A stretch of 64,000 nucleotides of DNA from Bacillota bacterium (lineage in GTDB: Bacteria; Bacillota; JAAYKD01). Both the position numbers and the translations under genes were made by a program. Location of the stretch: positions 1,120,001-1,184,000 of the forward strand of contig OY762825.2 of the NCBI GenBank assembly GCA_963666425.2. The letters run 5' to 3'. This document shows positions 43,850 through 53,741 of this stretch, in pieces (position 1 is the stretch's first letter; the number at the start of each line of letters is the position of its first letter). A model generated the notes under the pieces. The model was not told where the DNA came from. It did no database searches and saw nothing but the letters and a program-made list of their open reading frames with translations.

Positions 43850-44200
43850 CCGTGATTGTTCTGCACCGACTTGAAAAAGTTCTTCGCAATTTCGCTCTTG
43901 CTGTCATAATCCACGGACAAAGAAAAATACCTTTGATTTTTCAATAAAGCCGCTTTTCACTAGCTCGGTTGTCACGAATCCGCTCAAGCAGCTCATCAAA
44001 GTAGTCGGCACCGAATTCTTTCGGGCTTCGTAGGCGCTCATCATTCAGGACAAAGCTTATCTTCATGTACTAACTGAGAATGTCATTGGCTCATCTGCAA
44101 AGATGAACACCGATGTTGCTGGAACGTAAACAAAGAAAAAATCATATCAAGACTGTAACAATCCGTTTCTCTGGAGATCTCATCCCCGGTGGCTTTATCA
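43850..44200 (-). pseudogene. RhuM-family (virulence RhuM) pseudogene fragment
   Basis: Manual translation gives ISRETDCYSLDMIF ... FVLNDERLRSPKEFGADYFDELLERIRDNRASEKRLY* ... SVDYDSKSEIAKNFFKSVQN, with stops and frameshifts. Confidence 0.8.
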
Positions 44201-44311
44201 CGCCGGAATATCCAGAAATGCTATCTTGGAGCCTTGTTTGCTATAGCATTTTCAACTAATTATTCAATATTGTTCTTTATATAATAAGCACGTGGTTATC
44301 GTCCTAAGTTA

Positions 44312-47300
44312 CTATTTAAAAACTAATTTTATGTCATCCAAATTGTAGTATTCAATCCCACCTTTTCTAGCTCTAATACTCGGCGGAATCAGTTCTATCA
44401 ACTCCTGTCTTGTATGTACGCCCGGTAAAACATAATATGTTCTATCGTAACCTAAAAATAAAATACTCCAACCTTCTCTAACCCCCTGAACATATGTATC
44501 ATCTTTCCCAATGTAATCTTTGAGTTTGAGTTCGTCATCTTCCGTAATATCTCTGGGTGCAACATATTCAAACAGAGCATAGTCTATATATTCTTCTCTC
44601 GCTAATCTTATATAGGTGTTCAATTCAAATAAGCTGAAGTAATTCTGAATCTTTTCAACACGTCCAATCAAGCAAAGCGGTTTTCCAAAACGCTCCTTAT
44701 TATGTGATGATATACCGATTTTCGGGTTCACAAGAGCTGGCTCAATAATGCCCATTCCATATAACCCGTTTCCGATTTTTGAGATTATTTTTATCCGTCT
44801 CTCGTCTAGAGAATAATTATCTTCCCTTTCTCGCTCTTTTATTTTACTAAATAGCCTCTCAGGCACTACCGGCCACAAACTAGTAACCAAATCATATTGC
44901 TCAAAACGCCCTTCCCATTTATCTGCCTTTAATACATATTGAACATGACGCAATAACGTTCTATCTTCTTTTAGCGCAACCGATGGCGGGAAAAATAGAT
45001 TTGACTTAATATTTATGCTTTCGTCCAAAACTCCAATTGCTTCAGCTGCGAACGCTTTTCCAAAAAATAATTGTCTTGCTACATCATCCAGCTGCCTAAT
45101 ATCAATATTTTTAAATGTTACATCGGGGAGTCTTACTAACTCACTTAGAGAGTTTGTTTTTTGATCGATTAAATTCACTTTGTCTAGCTTCATTGAGCCG
45201 TACTCTGTAGCTGATAATTGCTGAAGTATATCACCAGAAAATTCCTCAAACTCGTATAATAGAATGTTGATCGTCAGTTGAGCCTCGGCTGAATCGGCTC
45301 CAATCTTTTCCTCTCTTAAATATGCCACTACAACTTCTACGACTTTAATTATTAGTTTATCGACAAGTTTTTTTAGGATCTCGGTAAGGTCTTCCGAAAA
45401 ACCTACTATATTGTTTCGGTCAACAGACAATACGGGCCTTTTTTCTCCAATGAAATTCAATATGACACTAGAGTTCTGAGACAAACTATACCCTAGTAGT
45501 GCATATTTTTTTAAATGCACGGAATTTTCATTTACGACAACCCCGTCGACTAAAATTGTTAGTTGACTAGTTTTCCATAAATACCTAGAAAAACTAAAAA
45601 CATAACGATTTAGTACGGGAATGCCCTTTTGAGGCAAACAAATAAATGTGTGTAGCTGAACACCGTCAAATCCTACACAAATTGGTATATCTTTGATAAA
45701 ATTGCGGCATGTTATAACATCTTTATATTGATTTTCGTTATCATTTTCTAAATTGTATCGCCCAAAAGCTGTTGCAAATGCAGCGACATTTGTATTTGGA
45801 TATTTCCTAAAATCAAAAATTTCATTAAATGGAATAATCGGGTGTGATTTATCGTTTTCGTCGTATACGCAGACTTCAATATCGGGGTCAGGAATGCCTA
45901 TTTGCTTGTTCACTTTCCAGAAAAGGCTGCTTTCAAATTCTTTATAGCTTGATTTATCAAATGTTTCATCGTACCTGCTGTTATTCCCTGCAAAAATAAA
46001 ATAATACAAATCCTTTGGAATGATACAATTGATTATTTCAGAAGTCTTTCCGTTAAGGAAAATTTTTACTAGTGTACCATGTTCGCCTATGCGCTCATTA
46101 TCAAGTTCGTTGATAGGTATATGATAAAATCGCTCATTAGCCCCTTCTATTACAAAGGACAATGGTATAATAGCATTTTCATAGTGCTTTGTAGTTATTT
46201 CAAGTGCATCACCTAACATAAAGCATGAAAGAATACCTATTCCGAATTGGGATGTTGGGTTTACCGCATTTGACCAATTGGCATTTTTCCTAATAAAATC
46301 GCGAGATTTATAGTATGAATTGCCAATGTGCAAAAGGTGATTTTTTACAATATCCATCGTCATGCCTGTTCCATTATCTAAGCAATAAATATATGTTCGA
46401 CCATTGCTGTCGGTTGACAATCCAAAGGATATTTTATAATTACTAAATACACTTCTTGTTATGTCGATTGCTTTCATACATTTGCATGCATCGAGCGAGT
46501 TTTGGTAAAGTTCTCGCAAACAAAGGTATTCATCTTTATAAAGTTGTGCACCCGCCAAAAGACCGAGAATTTTAGATTGCTCCAAGGTAAACTTTGCATC
46601 GTTTTCAGGTATAAATATTGATGTATCAGCATCAATTCCTGTTCTATCCGCAGCTATCGCAATTTTAATATCATAGTTCTCCCGATTAGGTATATCATCA
46701 TATTCTAATCGCTGTAGAAATTTAAAGTATAGCGCAATCTCATCGTCAACAGAGTCCAAATAATCCTGTAAAAAATAGTAAGTATCCGGCGATGAACAAT
46801 ATGCTTTAAATTTTATGGTTGTCTTGGAATTGGTATTGCTAAATTCATAATGTGTTTCCTCGAATTTTGACTTCCAATGCTTATAACTTACTGGGTCAGT
46901 AATTTTCTTTTCGGCAAACAGCGACATGGGTGCTCTATCCGAAGAAAAATGAATAATATCGCCAAGTCTTAACATAATTGCTACAAATTGAACATTCACC
47001 TTACCAAGAGAATCTATTTCATAGTCAAAATCTAACTTTTTGACATCAACGGCTTCATCCCCATGCGCTTTACAAACTTTGGCTAAGACGTTCAGATACT
47101 TATCTGCAGTAGATTTTTTTAGCAACGCTCTGAATCTTTTACGCATATTGCCAATAAATTCAACAATACGTTTATTATGTGTTGTTCTAATGAAGTCACA
47201 CCTAATTAGATTGCTATAATTGAGATAATCATAGCTATCTAATTTTTTGTTTCTTAATTGATCTGAAAACCCGTTTCGAAATTCTTCATAAGACCGTACA

Positions 47301-47812
47301 CGTTTCGCTAAATCAAGTTGTAGTTCGGCTTCGTTCTCGGGAGCAAAAATAAAACTCTCCACATTGCTGTATTTCACATATATATAGCGTTTATTCTCAT
47401 CGATAATTTTCTCTATTTCAATTAAAGACTGAACCGGCTTAAAATCGTTCTTAATGCAAGGTTTCACATCCCGATTATAATGTTCCTCACATCCTTCAAA
47501 AGCTTTTAATAAATCGTATTCCCATTTAGGGAGCGCCATTGCAGCATCATGAAAAAAGCAACTTGAATATATTAGTATAGCTTCAAGGAATGATAAATCG
47601 GCCATTTTAACTCCAAGAAGGTTTTCAATATTTTCTAAAACCTTTTCGGAGTGATTAGCGTCGTGTATATCAAAATTATTCAATTGAGCAGTTATTTGAG
47701 ATAAATGGGTTTTGCAATCTTCAATAGCGTCTTTTAATGTTGACCACAATGTAGCCTTTGCCTCATTGCCATCTATTTTCAATTTTTCTTCTATGAAATC
47801 ATCTAACTTCAT
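44312..47812 (-). CDS. Large HD-domain (HD-CE-like) + HSP90/GHKL ATPase fusion protein, putative defence/conflict protein
   Basis: HD motifs IHDANHS...FFHDAAM...LRLGDI; GHKL motifs LRELYQNSLDA, DNGTGM, SQFGIGILSCFM; long unknown C-terminal region; AT-rich. Confidence 0.8.
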   Translation of the reverse strand: MKLDDFIEEKLKIDGNEAKATLWSTLKDAIEDCKTHLSQITAQLNNFDIHDANHSEKVLENIENLLGVKMADLSFLEAILIYSSCFFHDAAMALPKWEYDLLKAFEGCEEHYNRDVKPCIKNDFKPVQSLIEIEKIIDENKRYIYVKYSNVESFIFAPENEAELQLDLAKRVRSYEEFRNGFSDQLRNKKLDSYDYLNYSNLIRCDFIRTTHNKRIVEFIGNMRKRFRALLKKSTADKYLNVLAKVCKAHGDEAVDVKKLDFDYEIDSLGKVNVQFVAIMLRLGDIIHFSSDRAPMSLFAEKKITDPVSYKHWKSKFEETHYEFSNTNSKTTIKFKAYCSSPDTYYFLQDYLDSVDDEIALYFKFLQRLEYDDIPNRENYDIKIAIAADRTGIDADTSIFIPENDAKFTLEQSKILGLLAGAQLYKDEYLCLRELYQNSLDACKCMKAIDITRSVFSNYKISFGLSTDSNGRTYIYCLDNGTGMTMDIVKNHLLHIGNSYYKSRDFIRKNANWSNAVNPTSQFGIGILSCFMLGDALEITTKHYENAIIPLSFVIEGANERFYHIPINELDNERIGEHGTLVKIFLNGKTSEIINCIIPKDLYYFIFAGNNSRYDETFDKSSYKEFESSLFWKVNKQIGIPDPDIEVCVYDENDKSHPIIPFNEIFDFRKYPNTNVAAFATAFGRYNLENDNENQYKDVITCRNFIKDIPICVGFDGVQLHTFICLPQKGIPVLNRYVFSFSRYLWKTSQLTILVDGVVVNENSVHLKKYALLGYSLSQNSSVILNFIGEKRPVLSVDRNNIVGFSEDLTEILKKLVDKLIIKVVEVVVAYLREEKIGADSAEAQLTINILLYEFEEFSGDILQQLSATEYGSMKLDKVNLIDQKTNSLSELVRLPDVTFKNIDIRQLDDVARQLFFGKAFAAEAIGVLDESINIKSNLFFPPSVALKEDRTLLRHVQYVLKADKWEGRFEQYDLVTSLWPVVPERLFSKIKEREREDNYSLDERRIKIISKIGNGLYGMGIIEPALVNPKIGISSHNKERFGKPLCLIGRVEKIQNYFSLFELNTYIRLAREEYIDYALFEYVAPRDITEDDELKLKDYIGKDDTYVQGVREGWSILFLGYDRTYYVLPGVHTRQELIELIPPSIRARKGGIEYYNLDDIKLVFK

Positions 47813-48086
47813 TAAAATTACCTCACATTACTACTGCATAGCGCCTATACTTCAATAAATCCATTTACTCCAACTTATGTAATAATTACCCATTGGTTAA
47901 ATACGACTCCGCTTAAGCATGTGACCTCTCCTTTTGGCTAATGCCTAATTTCTCACGTGCATTTTGCAATCGCGGAAAAAAATATTTGGCCGTATCTTAT
48001 ATATGCATTATAACACATGTTTTAGAATATGTGGACTTTTTTGACATAATTTTAATGCTATCCAAGAAACCAGAATTTTTGCATTA

Positions 48087-49047
48087 GATAGATTGTAAAA
48101 TGGTGTGCGCTACCCTAAATGGGTAAAAGGATAGCCCACAGTGAAAGATTCATGTAGAATGGAGTTGTTAAGACAACATTCAAGCGGGGTTGAATACTAG
48201 AATCATTATCACTCGGATATTTGCACAGAGCAATTGCTTAAAAAACCTTATCGGCATCATGCCAGCATTGACCGTGAAGTTCGTCGCAATGAATCTAATA
48301 GTGTTTATTTTGGAGAGGTTACACAATCTTCTTATGAGACTCGCCGCAAGCACCTTAAGCCAAATGGAAAACACAAGGGTTATTTGGTACCCGGTATCAC
48401 AGAGAAACTACTGGTAACTTGGTTCCCCAGAACAAATTGCTAATACGGTTACACTGGGTATCGTTAATTGCAAAATCATTTACAATTGGCTTTACGCTAG
48501 TGAAATTCCTACAATCATTGAACAAAATCTGTAACAAAAGAGTAAACGTAGAAATGCTGAAATACCTTTGGTCACTAGGTTACTTGACAGTATGGTTTCC
48601 AGCCGTGGAGAAAACAAGGTCTGCTCTGACACATTTGAAGAGAGAAAACCCAGCTGTATACCGCACTCAAGGCACCTAACAAAACGGCATCTTCTATGCA
48701 AACAGCCATTACTGCCCTTTACAACACGCTGCAGAAAAGCACTTTCATGACTAGTACAACGAATCGATGAAAAGAGTTTGCCTGTTATATAGCTATTCTA
48801 GAGTCCTTAAGTCTGATCTTACATTTTGCCGATTCCTACTTTTTCGTGGCAACGTGGAAGCAAAGAAAATTCCAACAGCTTACTGCGAGAGTTTTTATCT
48901 TGAGAAAACAGATCTCACTCTAGTGTACCTGGAGCAAATAAAACACAATCTATTTCTCATTAACTCCAGACCACGAAAACACCTGGACAGGAAATCACCT
49001 ATTCAAGTTTTCTTCATGAAATGGCTCACTTGACTTGACAATTCATC
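48087..49047 (+). mobile_element. Degenerate IS30-family element (transposase pseudogene)
   Basis: Fragments RHHASIDREVRRN, ITEKLLVTWFPEQIAN (across a frameshift), DSMVSSRGENKVC..TFEERK, LINSRPRKHL; imperfect IRs GATAGATTGTAAAAT / ACTTGACAATTCATC. Confidence 0.8.
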
Positions 49048-49285
49048 ATGCGTTTAACTTAATGCGAATGCACATAGCGATGGTATAGGTTTCAACAAAG
49101 CTCTAAAGTGTTATATCTAAATCGATTTTTGCCTTTTGAAGCTGTTCACGCTCCCATACGAGGATTTCGCGCTTCGTGGCGTAGCCGCGTTTTTGCGTTT
49201 GTCTGCTTGTAGCTTTCCAGACGTTATAACGATAGACAGCTCGTTAAGTATTGGTGTTCGGTTCTGTATATACCGCCGATCGATC
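49048..49285 (-). pseudogene. N-terminal (arm-DNA-binding) fragment of a tyrosine integrase
   Basis: Manual translation AVYTEPNTNT*RAVYRYNVWKATSRQTQKRGYATKREILVWEREQL...*SFVETY resembles the N-termini of clostridial ICE integrases; truncated at the IS30 end. Confidence 0.7.
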
Positions 49286-49440
49286 ATTTCCTTTCCAGAT
49301 TTACGAATTTGCGTAGCATGTATATGCTAATCTAAATGTTGACCAGTTTAGCACCGAATGCTAAACGAAAAGTTGACCACCTTGAGCCCCTTTCCTGTTA
49401 TGATGTATTTGCGAGAAACATCAAGCAGGAGGAAAGGAAA

Positions 49441-50910
49441 ATGTACAAGATGGTCGATAAAGAGTATATCAGAAAACTGTATTACATGGAAGACTGGCCC
49501 ATCAGGAAAATCAGTCGTCAGCTTCAGATATCACGTCAAGCCATCCGAAAAATGATAGAGGATACGGAAAAGCCAAAGTATGAAATTAAGAAAGAGCGGC
49601 CGGCACCGGTCATGGATCAGTATTTGGAAATATTGCGGAAATGGATTGAAGAAGACGAGAAAGCTCCGAAAAAACAAAGGCATACTGCGATACGAATGTA
49701 TGAACGCTTAAGGGATGAACATAATTTTACCGGTGGCAGTTCAACCGTGAGACAGAGCGTTGCCAAATTGAAAAACAAAGTACCGGAAGTATTTATACCT
49801 TTGACGGCAGCACCGGGTGAACAGGTTCAGGTAGACTTCGGGCATGCACAAGTGGTGCTGGCCGGTCATGAACAGAAAGTAAATATCTTTTGCATGCGTT
49901 TGAAGCACAGTTCGGTACCCTTTGTTGTAGCTTTTCCAACAGAACGGCTGGAAGCCTTTTTGGAAGGACACGTTCAAGGTTTTGCTTACTTCGGTGGTGT
50001 GCCAAGAGAAGGTCTCTACGATAATGCGAAGACGCAGGTCGTGAAGATCTTAGAGGGGCCTTACCGCCAAGAACACGAGGATTTCTCAAGTTTACGCTCT
50101 CACTATTTGTTTAACAGTCTTTTTTGCCGACCGAGAAAAGGTAATGAGAAAGGAGCGGTAGAGGGTCTGGTGAAGCAAGTACGCAGCCAAGCAATGGTTC
50201 CCGTGCCGGAATGCGAAAATTTGGAAGAACTTAACGCTTTATTACTGAATTGGTGTAAGAAAGAAAAATCAAGAAACCAAGAAAAGTGGTTAGCTGAACA
50301 GGCGCAATTACGTCCTTTGCCAGTAGAACCATACTCGGCAGCAAAAATAGTGGCTGCGAAGGTGAGTTCTTACTCACTGGTGACCATTGACCGAAACCGT
50401 TACTCCGTTCCCACAGAGTTTGTAGGAGAAAACTTATTTGTTAAAGCTTATGTGAATCGCATAGAAGTTCTGCACCGTAACCATGTTATTGCGACTCACG
50501 ATCGCTGCTACGGTAGGAACCATACTTCTTTACAATTAGAGCATTATCTCAATGCCTTAGAGAAAAAACCACACGCGGTAACACATGCTACGGTGGTTCG
50601 CCAATTGCCTTTACCTTTTCAGCAGGTCAAAGAGAACATGGAGCAAGCGCACGGAACCGGCTACAAAGATTTTTTACGAGTTCTTTTGTTAACACACGAG
50701 TATCCGTTGAATGAAATAGGTGCTGCGATTACCGACCTTGGGGCTTCTCGAGCCTGCGAAGAGACCCTGAGACACTATTTACAAAGTAAACGAAACCCAT
50801 TAGAAGAACAGCGAGACCCACAAAGACAACTCCTCACCAATGGGATTCCCCTGATCACCATACAAGATACTCAACGCTATGATTTGTTGTTGCAGGGGGT
50901 GAGAGCATGA
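49441..50910 (+). CDS. istA: IS21 transposase IstA
   Basis: N-terminal HTH, QVDFG, FGGVP..YDN, EKGAVE DDE motifs; ATG 49441 follows a GGAGG/AGGA RBS. Confidence 0.93.
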   Translation: MYKMVDKEYIRKLYYMEDWPIRKISRQLQISRQAIRKMIEDTEKPKYEIKKERPAPVMDQYLEILRKWIEEDEKAPKKQRHTAIRMYERLRDEHNFTGGSSTVRQSVAKLKNKVPEVFIPLTAAPGEQVQVDFGHAQVVLAGHEQKVNIFCMRLKHSSVPFVVAFPTERLEAFLEGHVQGFAYFGGVPREGLYDNAKTQVVKILEGPYRQEHEDFSSLRSHYLFNSLFCRPRKGNEKGAVEGLVKQVRSQAMVPVPECENLEELNALLLNWCKKEKSRNQEKWLAEQAQLRPLPVEPYSAAKIVAAKVSSYSLVTIDRNRYSVPTEFVGENLFVKAYVNRIEVLHRNHVIATHDRCYGRNHTSLQLEHYLNALEKKPHAVTHATVVRQLPLPFQQVKENMEQAHGTGYKDFLRVLLLTHEYPLNEIGAAITDLGASRACEETLRHYLQSKRNPLEEQRDPQRQLLTNGIPLITIQDTQRYDLLLQGVRA

Positions 50911-51671
50911 GTCTTGATATAACCGAGGCTCAAATTGAGCTCTCTTGTAAACTTCTTCGCTTACCAGGCTTGAAACAACAGTTTCGCGCTCTGGTTCGCG
51001 AAGCAAACGAAAGGAACCTGAATTGTAGTCAATTCTTGAAACTGTGCTTAGAACAAGAAATTCACGATCGCCAGGTAAAGAAACAGCAAATTCTGCTTCG
51101 TCAGGCTAAATTCCCGGCAAAGAAGACCTTGGCGGATTTCGATTTTACGAAAATCCCGCAACTGCCAAAGAACAAAATATTAAAGCTTGCCGATTCCGAA
51201 TATGTTAAGCGTAAAGAAAATATTATTTGTATTGGCAGAGCTGGAACGGGAAAAAGTCATATTAGCATTGCCTTGGGAATGGAAGCTTTACAAAAGGGTT
51301 TTCGAGTTCGGTTCATTTCAGTGATGCAGCTTTTGCAGGAAATTCAATTGGCTGAAGCGGAATTCCGCTTACCCCGCTACTTAAAAGCATGGAACCGAGT
51401 CGATCTTGTTATTCTTGATGAACTTGGTTATCTCCCACTTGGGGAACAGGGTAAACTACTATTTCATTTTATCTCTCAACGTTACGAAACAGGAAGCTTG
51501 ATAATAACCTCTAACTTAGAGTTTTCCCGCTGGGTTGAAGTCTTGCATGACCCAGCATTAACTTCTGCCTTGCTAGACAGACTGACTCACCATTCTAATA
51601 TTATCCTTTTCGATGGAGAATCGTATCGCTTTCGCGAAAGCCTGGCTCGCCAGGCGGTGGATTTGAATTAG
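50907..51671 (+). CDS. istB: IS21 helper ATPase IstB
   Basis: GRAGTGKSH Walker A, LVILDELGY Walker B, ITSN, ALLDRLTHH, GESYR; ATGA overlap with istA. Confidence 0.95.
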   Translation: MSLDITEAQIELSCKLLRLPGLKQQFRALVREANERNLNCSQFLKLCLEQEIHDRQVKKQQILLRQAKFPAKKTLADFDFTKIPQLPKNKILKLADSEYVKRKENIICIGRAGTGKSHISIALGMEALQKGFRVRFISVMQLLQEIQLAEAEFRLPRYLKAWNRVDLVILDELGYLPLGEQGKLLFHFISQRYETGSLIITSNLEFSRWVEVLHDPALTSALLDRLTHHSNIILFDGESYRFRESLARQAVDLN

Positions 51672-51760
51672 TTTTCACTAAGTTTTTATCTTATTTTTTT
51701 ACGCCAAGGTGGTCAACTTTTCGAATAGCAAGGTGGTCAACTTTTCGATTGACAAATACA

Positions 51761-51929
51761 GTAGCAAACTATTTTTTCAAAATATTTCTTATTTACCCTA
51801 CCTTCTATGGTCAGAAAGCCCATGTAAATTAAATTGGTTGTTGAGTTTTTGATCAACTTTGTAGGCATATGATTTTGATACGCTCAATTCTTTAGCTACA
51901 TCTTCGACACACATGAAAGCATTACTCAT
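51761..51929 (-). pseudogene. ICE excisionase-like small HTH gene, frameshifted and interrupted near its 3' end by IS21
   Basis: MSNAFMCVEDVAKELSVSKSYAYKV...(frameshift)FLTIEGRVNKKYF; removing the IS21 places it directly upstream of the integrase fragment. Confidence 0.7.
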
Positions 51930-52180
51930 ATATTCCCACCTTCTTTTTTGTTGCCAATCTCCGCTAAAATGTTTCGTGACAGGCGCCCATTTGTGGCACT
52001 GTGTCGTTTTAATTCCTTGATAGACTCGCTCAGTTGAGGTAGTGGCACGCTTTCCCGGAACGTAGGCTGTTCGAATGGTCATTTCTTTTACTAGATATAA
52101 TTGCTTGTATATTTATTGACTGTGTTTAAACCTATATGCTATACTGATTGCAAAGTATACACAGAATGGAGTTAGTTGCC

Positions 52181-52690
52181 ATGGCAATCAGCGAACGAAT
52201 CAGGTTTATTCGCAATCCGCAAGGTATAACACAAAAATATATGGGTATGGCGATCGACTTTCCGGAGAGAACCACCGACATTCGCATAGCACAGCATGAA
52301 TCCGGTAAACGAAAGCCAAAGGTCGTTTTGACCGATGTACTTGCATCGGCTTTGGAAGTATCTCCTCTGGCGTTAAACGTTCCTGACATTGATAGTTATT
52401 ACGGGCTATGCATACCCTGTTTGTCATTGAGGATTTATATGATCTGCAGATTGGTGAGATTGACGGCGAAATGTGTCTACATCTCGATAAATTTCGCGGA
52501 ACATCCTATCTGAACATGTTTGATATGTTCAAAGCATGGCAGAATGAAGCTAAAAAGCTAAAAAAAAATGAAATTACCAAAGAGGAATAAATATGATCAA
52601 TGGCGTTATACTTATTCAAAAATCAAAGCCAAACGAACCAGAGCAGCGTTTGATGATCTACGTGAGAAATTTGAGGAATTGAAGCAATAA
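52181..52690 (+). pseudogene. XRE-family HTH repressor of an ICE/IME, frameshifted
   Basis: MAISERIRFIRN..ITQKYMG...IRIAQHESGKRKPK...PDIDSYYGL / MHTLFVIEDLY... / YDQWRY spread over shifted frames; divergent from xis. Confidence 0.8.
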
Positions 52691-52743
52691 ATCGTCATGG
52701 GAAATTAACTGAAATGAATGCAGAAGACTGATGGAGAAAACTA

Positions 52744-53588
52744 ATGGACAAACTTCAATACGACAGTTTTTATAAATTTCTTGTTTCAATTGGAGCAATA
52801 CTCATTGCGACCCCAGTCATAGGAATTTATCAACTTTTTACTGGTTCTTATGACATAATAATCAGTGAGCAGGAGTATTAAGTCTATCGGGACTCTCGCT
52901 ACTGTCTTTAGAAAATCGAGCAAAAATGTTAAAATTCATTTCCTCTGTATTTCCTTGGGTTTGTTTAGTAATAATAGCAATAGGCCTTGTATGTGTAGTT
53001 TATGGTTGCCGAAAATGGTATTTGCTCCAAAAAGAGATAGACGAGCAGACACACTTAGAAACACTTAAGAAACGCATCGATGCCAAACAGCTAACCACTT
53101 CCGAAGCTGTCGAACGTGCTATTGACGAAGTTATTGAGAATAACGAAGTCAATATTCCAACGAGTATGAATTCCCAGAAAAAAGCCATTGTGGATGCCAT
53201 TCAAATCGAGTATCAATATTGCGATTTTTTAAAGCGTCGACTACCTAATAAATATTCTATTAAGCAAAATGTCCGCATTGGCAATAGTGAATATGATATT
53301 GTAGCAATTTCTGAAAAAGATAAAACTGACTTATTATATGAAATAAAATATTGGAACACACCAAAGCCAATGCATTTACTATCCCGAGTATTAGAACGAA
53401 TTAAAGTTGCTGGGCAGAATTACGAAGACATTTCAAACCGAAATTATAGATTCAAACTTATAATTATTTCAGACCCCGAAGTACTATCTGATGTTAGGTC
53501 TGCATGCGAGCGTTATCTTGCAAAACATGATGTTAATTTCCCGCCTTTTACGGACATTGATTATTTCAGCACAAAGGAAATTCACTAG
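52744..53588 (+). pseudogene. 2-TM membrane protein with a C-terminal PD-(D/E)XK-like domain; 1-bp frameshift near 52878 (or a shorter 220-aa product from 52926)
   Basis: Upstream frame MDKLQYDSFYKFLVSIGAILIATPVIGIY...EQEY* joins the 52926 ORF if one base is added; C-terminal EYDIVAISEKDKTDLLYEIKYW. Confidence 0.55.
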
Positions 53589-53604
53589 AATAACTGCAAA
53601 CAAT

Positions 53605-53646
53605 AAAAGAGCTAGCTGATCACTCAAAATCAGATAGCTCGTTTTG
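53605..53646. terminator. Terminator between the convergent island gene and guaA
   Basis: GAGCTAGCTGAT / ATCAGATAGCTC imperfect stem with A/T tracts on both sides. Confidence 0.6.
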
Positions 53647-53741
53647 TATGAATAATGCAATTAGTATTGCCAAAACGTTGCCAGCACTAAATCAACAGGT
53701 TAAATACGTAGCATTAATGCGGCTTTCCGGGTTTCAATGAA

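Larger units (their letters stand above)
49319..51760 (+). mobile_element. Intact IS21-family insertion sequence (2442 bp) with 6-bp target duplication GTAGCA
   Basis: TG...CA ends; IRs TGTATATGCTAATCTAAATGTTGACCA and (reverse complement of right end) TGTATTTGTCAATCGAAAAGTTGACCA; repeated internal AAAAGTTGACCACCTTG sites; GTAGCA at 49313-49318 and 51761-51766. Confidence 0.95.

Noticed and set aside
47865-47878. Second att site (TTACTCCAACTTAT) resembling the guaA 3' end (TTATTCCCACTCAAT)
   Set aside because: Short match with several mismatches in AT-rich DNA; could be chance. No convincing att direct repeat was found by eye.
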